DNA of 54,022 nucleotides, counting the filler, from Sphacelaria rigidula (lineage: Eukaryota), in assembly GCA_964200075.2 (NCBI GenBank). It is 5 parts of 5 records of this genome, joined end to end, with 100 filler letters (N's around TTAATTAATTAA, not from the genome) between each part and the next. Parts side by side here need not be neighbours in the genome. Positions count along the whole stretch, not along the records: positions 43,300 to 54,022 come from CAXNAA020006024.1; 4 more parts are not named here. One strand, given 5' to 3'. Shown here one piece after another: positions 48,526-54,022 of this stretch (the stretch's first letter is position 1; every line of letters begins with the position of its first letter). The notes under the pieces were generated by a model. The model searched no databases, was not told the DNA's origin, and was given only the letters and a program-made list of their open reading frames with translations. Both the position numbers and the translations under genes were made by a program.

Positions 48526-48740
48526 TCCCCGACTGCCACGGCGCGTACAGTATAGCTTGACCCCGGATAGTTCGCATGGTCATCAGATGAGAAAGAGAAA
48601 AATGATGAGTCAACCGCTGACTGCAGGGCTCCACCGGTTCAAGTGTTACACCAGCCACAAGTTAGGGCGTATGATGGCGGGCTCGACACCTAGGATATAT
48701 GTATTTTTCGAGCAGAATCTGGTTCCTACCGTTGAAGGCG

Positions 48741-48746
48741 TTAGGG
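48741..48746 (-). CDS. Candidate terminal coding micro-exon (Pro-stop) of the STI1-motif gene
   Basis: Minus strand: CACTAAC branch site, pyrimidine-rich tract, tcaAG|CCC TAA; phase 0 fits the donor at 49154. Confidence 0.4.
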   Translation of the reverse strand, partial: P

Positions 48747-49154
48747 CTTGAGTGAAGAGGATTCGACGAGAGTTGCAGGGATGCAGGAGCGTTAGTGATC
48801 ATAATCCAACCCCCCCCCCCTCAAAAAAATTGCAAGACAAGTACCGGTGGAGAGATGGAGTGATCCCTTGAACGTATCATATAATAGTATTATACGAATT
48901 CGTCCCGAGGAGGGAAGGAGACGGGTTAAAACCATGACGAGGGAGGAAAAGGAGTCGGTACCTCAATTAGTAACGAAGCGAAACGTAGGAGGTAACCCGA
49001 AGCGAACAGCACCACGGTGAACACAAGCCAACACTATTATAACACGCACTAGAGAGAGTACGAACACACGAACACACGACCATCCACACACCCCAAAAAG
49101 TGCATCCAGCGAGCAGGATAAGCACATCATACACAAAACCACAACCCCACCCAC

Positions 49155-49445
49155 CTTGGGCGTCACCGTCTCTCCCGTCTCCCCCCCTTCTGCATTCGGC
49201 GCAGCAGGCTTCTTCCCTTCCAACTCAGATTTATCGCCTCCTGCTGCCTCCGCAGCTTTCGCCACTTCCACCGCCGAAACCCCCCCTAGACCCCCCAGCC
49301 CCCCCGCGGCCGCCCCGCCGCCAGCGGCCGCCCCGCCGCCAGCGGCCGCCCCGCCGCCTGCGGCCAATGCCTCCTGCTGGGCTTTCATCATGGCGTTGTA
49401 TTTTTCCGTCGCCGCTTTCATTTTTTCGGGGTCTGCTAGTAGAGC
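49155..49445 (-). CDS. STI1/DP-motif protein, exon ALLADPEKMKAATEKY...ETVTPK
   Basis: atgcAG acceptor, AAG|GTGGGT donor; 97 codons, phase 0/0; Ala/Gly-rich repeat. Confidence 0.85.
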
Positions 49446-50227
49446 CTGCATTGCGCACACGGATGTGTATTCAGGGGAGAGGGGCTGTTAAGTTCACTCC
49501 GCCGGATATGCGGGTATGCTATGTGTCGCCGAGTCTGCGTGACCGAAAAAAAAAGCAAGCGTGAAATAGGGGCGGGGGGAGGAGGGGCGGTACAAAAAAA
49601 AGGCGACGCTCCTCGACTTCTACTGTGTCGGTGCCGGGGCCATGTAATCAGTTTTCAAGACAGTAGGCGCGAGGGAGGCATGAGGGGCAATTCCGCGCAA
49701 TTGTTTTCCGCGTACGGCTGGTCACGTGCCAGTCAGTCGAAGGGAGGAGGAGGGGGGGGGGGGGCGACTCAAGGAGGAAATGGCCACACAAAGTGTGAGG
49801 ATACGTCATCGAGAGACGTGCGTATTTTGAACATGAACGGTTGTTGTTGGTGCAACAATAGTGTTTGCCTGACATCTTTTCATTTTATAAGTTTGAATCT
49901 TCTCGTGGAGAGCTAGTATAATAGTGAGTGAGTTACCTCACTGCCCAGGACCTGCAATAGACCGTCACCAGCATCCTTTACGCACCAATCTTCGAGTTGG
50001 AAAAATCTATTTTCTCGCCAAATATGTTTGCGCGAGCACTTCCAGTCACAAGCTAGTCTTGGCCGAAAGAATGAAACAACGTACTCAAGGCGAACGCTAG
50101 GCACCCGAAAAAACATGGCATGTTTTCCTACAAAACGGAAGGCGTGAAGCCATGAAACACAGCGCACACCGCGAAACATGAAGACCGGGGTTCGAACCAT
50201 CCCCAGACTGATCGAGTGAAAACATAC

Positions 50228-50413
50228 CGCATACTTTCGCTGAGCCTCCGCCATGGCTTGCCGGAACGCGTCGTTATTTTTTAGGGTTTCCATGTACGAC
50301 GAGATTTCGGTCTTGAATTCTGGGTCCTGCATCATCGCCTCCGCCTCCTTTACGGCAGCCGGATCGCTCAGCATGCTCATTGCATCCGTGAACATCGCGG
50401 GGTTTTGTTGTGC
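50228..50413 (-). CDS. STI1/DP-motif protein, exon AQQNPAMFTDAMSMLSDPAAVKEAEAMMQDPEFK...QRKYA
   Basis: Met-rich NP/DP helical repeats typical of STI1 domains; caacAG acceptor, GCG|GTATGT donor; 62 codons, phase 0/0. Confidence 0.88.
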
Positions 50414-50479
50414 CTGTTGCGAGGATCGAGAAACATGGCAATAAAAAAGCAAGAGCGGGCGGCAACAAACATCAAAGAA

Positions 50480-50570
50480 ATTATTATTACTATTATTATT
50501 ATCATTATTGTCATCATTATTATTATATTCGTCACATTAGCTCGATTTCTCGAACCCGTGGTCACAGAGT
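50480..50570 (-). mobile_element. Retroposon 3' end (family 2) with an (AAT)n tail, intronic
   Basis: (ATT)n tract followed by CACATTAGCTCGATTTCTCGAACCCGTGGTCACAGA. Confidence 0.7.
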
Positions 50571-52971
50571 GCAAGGAGCATACCACCCATACCCATCACC
50601 CAAACAGCCCGCAGAAGAAGGCAAGAAACAAAACATCTACACGAAAAAAGAGCACCTACACTACGAAAGTTCCGAGTGAGACCGATTGAACTACAGGAGA
50701 TCTACTTGTACTGGAATCTAAGAAGTCCCCGCGTGTCACCTCTCCGACTACTTTGCCACGTACTGGTGTACACACCAAGTAGTAACAGCGAGTGAAGAAA
50801 TAGCACACATAAATCGAAAAAAAATGGACACAATGTATGCACAGAGCGTGGACAAGATATAAAACAGAGCAGGGTGTAAGATACGATTACGATCGGCACA
50901 CCTAGACACGGAGGCACAGACTGTGTGACCAATAAATACAACACATGGAGACTTGTCTGGTGGACCATACGCTCCGCCAATGGGCACAATATTCAGGCTA
51001 GGGTTTTTTTGTGTCATCGGTATTTGGGTTAGGCTTGCCGACGTCGGTTTGGGGTTATACAGTTCGAGATGAAGCCGGCTTACTATTTTTGCGTGTGAAG
51101 TAACGTGGTTTATGCAAAGCACGAAAATTGTAATCAAAGTCTGCCATAAGTAGATATTAATTCAAGTACACCGCAGATCTGGGTACAAGGTTCGCAAGGA
51201 AGCTAATTTAGACCAGATATACCGCGAGTCAATTGTCGCGTGACTGAGGTATATACACTGACTTGGTCATCCAGACCGCCGATTGCCGAGTGACGTGTCT
51301 TTAGGTGATTTGGTCTGTACCCGTGCTTGGTCCAACATAGTGTCCCGTAATCCCCGATCATTTTGTTTGTCTAGCAGCCAGTGCTTGAAATACCTGTACA
51401 ACAACTGTCTTACGTTTACAGCAGTCCTCTCGGGAACACCACGACACGCCTCGACAACATTTCACCAGAATTGATACATTCTGTTGATTCCAGAGCAAAA
51501 CCCGTACCATAATTCAGAGAAACACCCCATGGTAGCAGTTCAACTGGGAATAATTTGGGAGGCACACCACAGCGGCTCAACCCTTAGACAGCAACCCTCC
51601 TGCAGGTGGACCCAGTTAGACTATCCCACATTTGGGGTTCAGAGCAGCTCTTGTATCGCCACACAACCGCTCTTTGTATGAACACGTGGGTGTCTAGTAT
51701 CTATAAAGAAAATAGTCCCGGAGAAACCCTGACCAGTTTTGACCCTGCTGTATGTCTTCGCTGGATACAACGACAAGGAACAGTAAGCGGCAGCAGCTCA
51801 CGTAAACTCTGTACGGGAGGGAGAGTTGAAAGTGATGAATAGATCCTTCCGGGACTGTGGTCGCTAACCCTTCGATCGCCCGAGTGCGCCCATCCGTTGT
51901 AACGACATCCATGCTCACTTGGGGGAATAACTCGTCAGCTTCGGGTGTCCGTTCACCGGCGTCCAAAAGGTATCGTTGGTCCAAACACGTTGTGCTTTGG
52001 GGCTCACTGATTGTGCAGGAATCAACATTTGTTCTTGAGGTAGCAAGCAGGCTGATCACACTGACAAAGCCGAATGGGCCAGAAAAAGTCAGCAAAAGCT
52101 CATGACACCGGACATATACTTGTGACATGGACAACAACACGCACTTGGCATCACACCAACAACTGTAGGGTCCCCAAATAATTCAAGCCCATGTGTGTAC
52201 GACCTCCTCTATCAAGCGCCCTGGGAGAGGACAGTCAGGGAATTTCCGGAGGGTGGTGCTAGTTCTCAGCCCGGCGTTCACGTCACCGCACCACATTTGT
52301 TCCCAACTTTTCCCCCATTTTTCGATTTCCAAGCAAATCTTCACACTCATGTCTCTATTTTACGCTCGCTAGATACGTCCATCTTTATTTTTTCTTGCCC
52401 CGAGGGGTAAACAGGAGCCCTTGCCGTGTACTTCGCTGTCTCTAATTTCGAACGGTCTTTTGACCACCAAAGTGGTAGTCTTTCACTCGCCCACCCTGTG
52501 ACTGTCTACCCTCGAGCATACGTGTCATCATAAGGCCTACCTTGTGACCAGGGCTGGATTCGTATAATAGTAATAGTGGATGCGCCAATGTTAGTGTGTG
52601 ACAACCGATCAAGCGGTCAAGTTTCATGTATTTCATGACAGCGCTGCGCCGCGCGAATCGTACAACTAATAAACTCGGGAACCCTCCTGAAATGGAAATA
52701 TATACGCTTCGCGTGCCAGAACACACCACAAGCAACAACAAAACGCGAACACACAGACAAGCGCACCGACATCAGGGGCGGGCCAAGTGCCGAGATAAGA
52801 GAAAGTCAAAACGAGCAACGGTAATTGAAATCTGCACCATGCAGTACGTCCGCCACAGCCGCGATTAAATACACAGCCCCATCTGCCTCCCGGAGTATTG
52901 AACAAAACACCGTTTTCAGTGTTGTGCACTCTTGCACCGCGTACCACGTGCATAAAAACATGCGCTCGCAC

Positions 52972-53080
52972 CTGCTTGAAACCCCTGAGGCCAATCTGAG
53001 CATTCTCCTTCCCCGTGTGGGGCTTGTATGTGCCATTCGCCTGTGCTTCACGCTGCGCCGCTTCCATCGCCTCCGCGTTC
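52972..53080 (-). CDS. STI1/DP-motif protein, upstream exon NAEAMEAAQREAQANGTYKPHTGKENAQIGLRGFKQ
   Basis: ACTAA branch-like site and gccAG acceptor; CAG|GTGCGA donor in phase 0 with the next exon. Earlier exons probably lie outside the window. Confidence 0.75.
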
Positions 53081-54022
53081 CTGGCGCATTTTTAGTAATA
53101 CGGCAGGAGGGACAGAGGAAAGTGGCTGTGAGATGGCGACGGCGAAACGGCAGTCAAACATGATAAGGCTTGTGGGGGGCCAATTCGTTAGCTGCGACGT
53201 CATGCGTGAAGGGGAAACACTACGAACACGCGATTTCGTGCAAGCAGAGAGCCATACTCGAGAAATGCGTGGTCCCAGCTCTATATCGAGTTCACGATGG
53301 AGGCATTACGGAGGCATTGCATCTGGTTTATTAGAGAAGGATGGTCCTGCAGATACTTTATTGCGCGCAGGTTCGTATCCCGCCTTCTGGCTGCTGGACG
53401 GAGCATTTCGCACGTGCCGTCTGGATGGGAAATGACGGCTCAGCCACTGGTACCTTGGATGAATAATGTGGGAATGCAGTGTGTGGATGCAGGGCAGTGC
53501 TACTTCAGAGCATCCCAAACTGGAATATTTGTTCGAGTTCGGCGTTGTCCCGCGCCGCACATTCGGGCCTGAACACACTCGGCACAAGCACAACGTATTG
53601 AAAAGTGCCAAGCTCTTCTCAGTGAGGTGACGCACGGTCATTAAGATGGCCGCAGTAATTCCAGTTTTGATGTCAAAAACCTAAATCTAACCCCGACTAC
53701 TTGTGAGGTGCTGAAATTTTCAAATCGAAATTTGAGTTTTGGGATATCTGGCACCGTTTTCGACTCCAAAGTGGGAACGGCGTCAGCAAGTATCTCGGAT
53801 ACCATCACTCCTTCAAGGAGCGTCCAGCCCACTTGCCCGATTCGCTAGGTTCCGCAAATAGCGAACTTCCGAAAAACCAATTGGACCTAGAAAAATGTGA
53901 AGATATGGAAAATTTTGACCGTTTCTTATGGTTGGCACTTCATTTTGGGGGGATTTACTCGTTATCATGCATGCCATAGCCAAAAGACCATTGACCTCGC
54001 ATCCCTGCAAAGCCGGGACGGA

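Noticed and set aside
11137..53080. Functional gene cluster of PPX1, HIS7, LON-N and STI1 genes
   Set aside because: Each gene is on a different, artificially joined contig.

Overview
Eukaryotic, intron-rich, repeat-dense DNA; the long GT-AG introns with pyrimidine tracts and the repeat families suggest a brown alga (Phaeophyceae; inference). It is not one locus. Five pieces of 10727, 10725, 10724, 10723 and 10723 bp are joined by identical 100-nt spacers (N44-TTAATTAATTAA-N44), i.e. size-sorted contigs concatenated artificially. Four partial spliced host genes are supported by motifs and in-phase splice junctions: a DHH-family exopolyphosphatase (PRUNE/PPX1-like, minus), the bifunctional imidazole glycerol phosphate synthase HIS7/hisHF (plus), a LON N-terminal substrate-binding-domain protein with a long Ala/Gly/Ser/Glu tail (plus) and an STI1/DP-motif protein (minus). 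The rest is transposon-derived: nested LINE fragments, two families of dispersed retroposon 3' ends, a tRNA-headed SINE-like family, hAT- and mariner-type non-autonomous elements with TSDs, foldback palindromes, decayed hAT, piggyBac and copia coding remnants, a ~189-bp satellite and a 44-bp minisatellite. I found no intact novel multi-gene system. The most unusual items are structural (palindromic elements, nested insertions, a diverged inverted duplication that stays open in both arms) and possible gene-architecture oddities. TE boundaries without a TSD are approximate.
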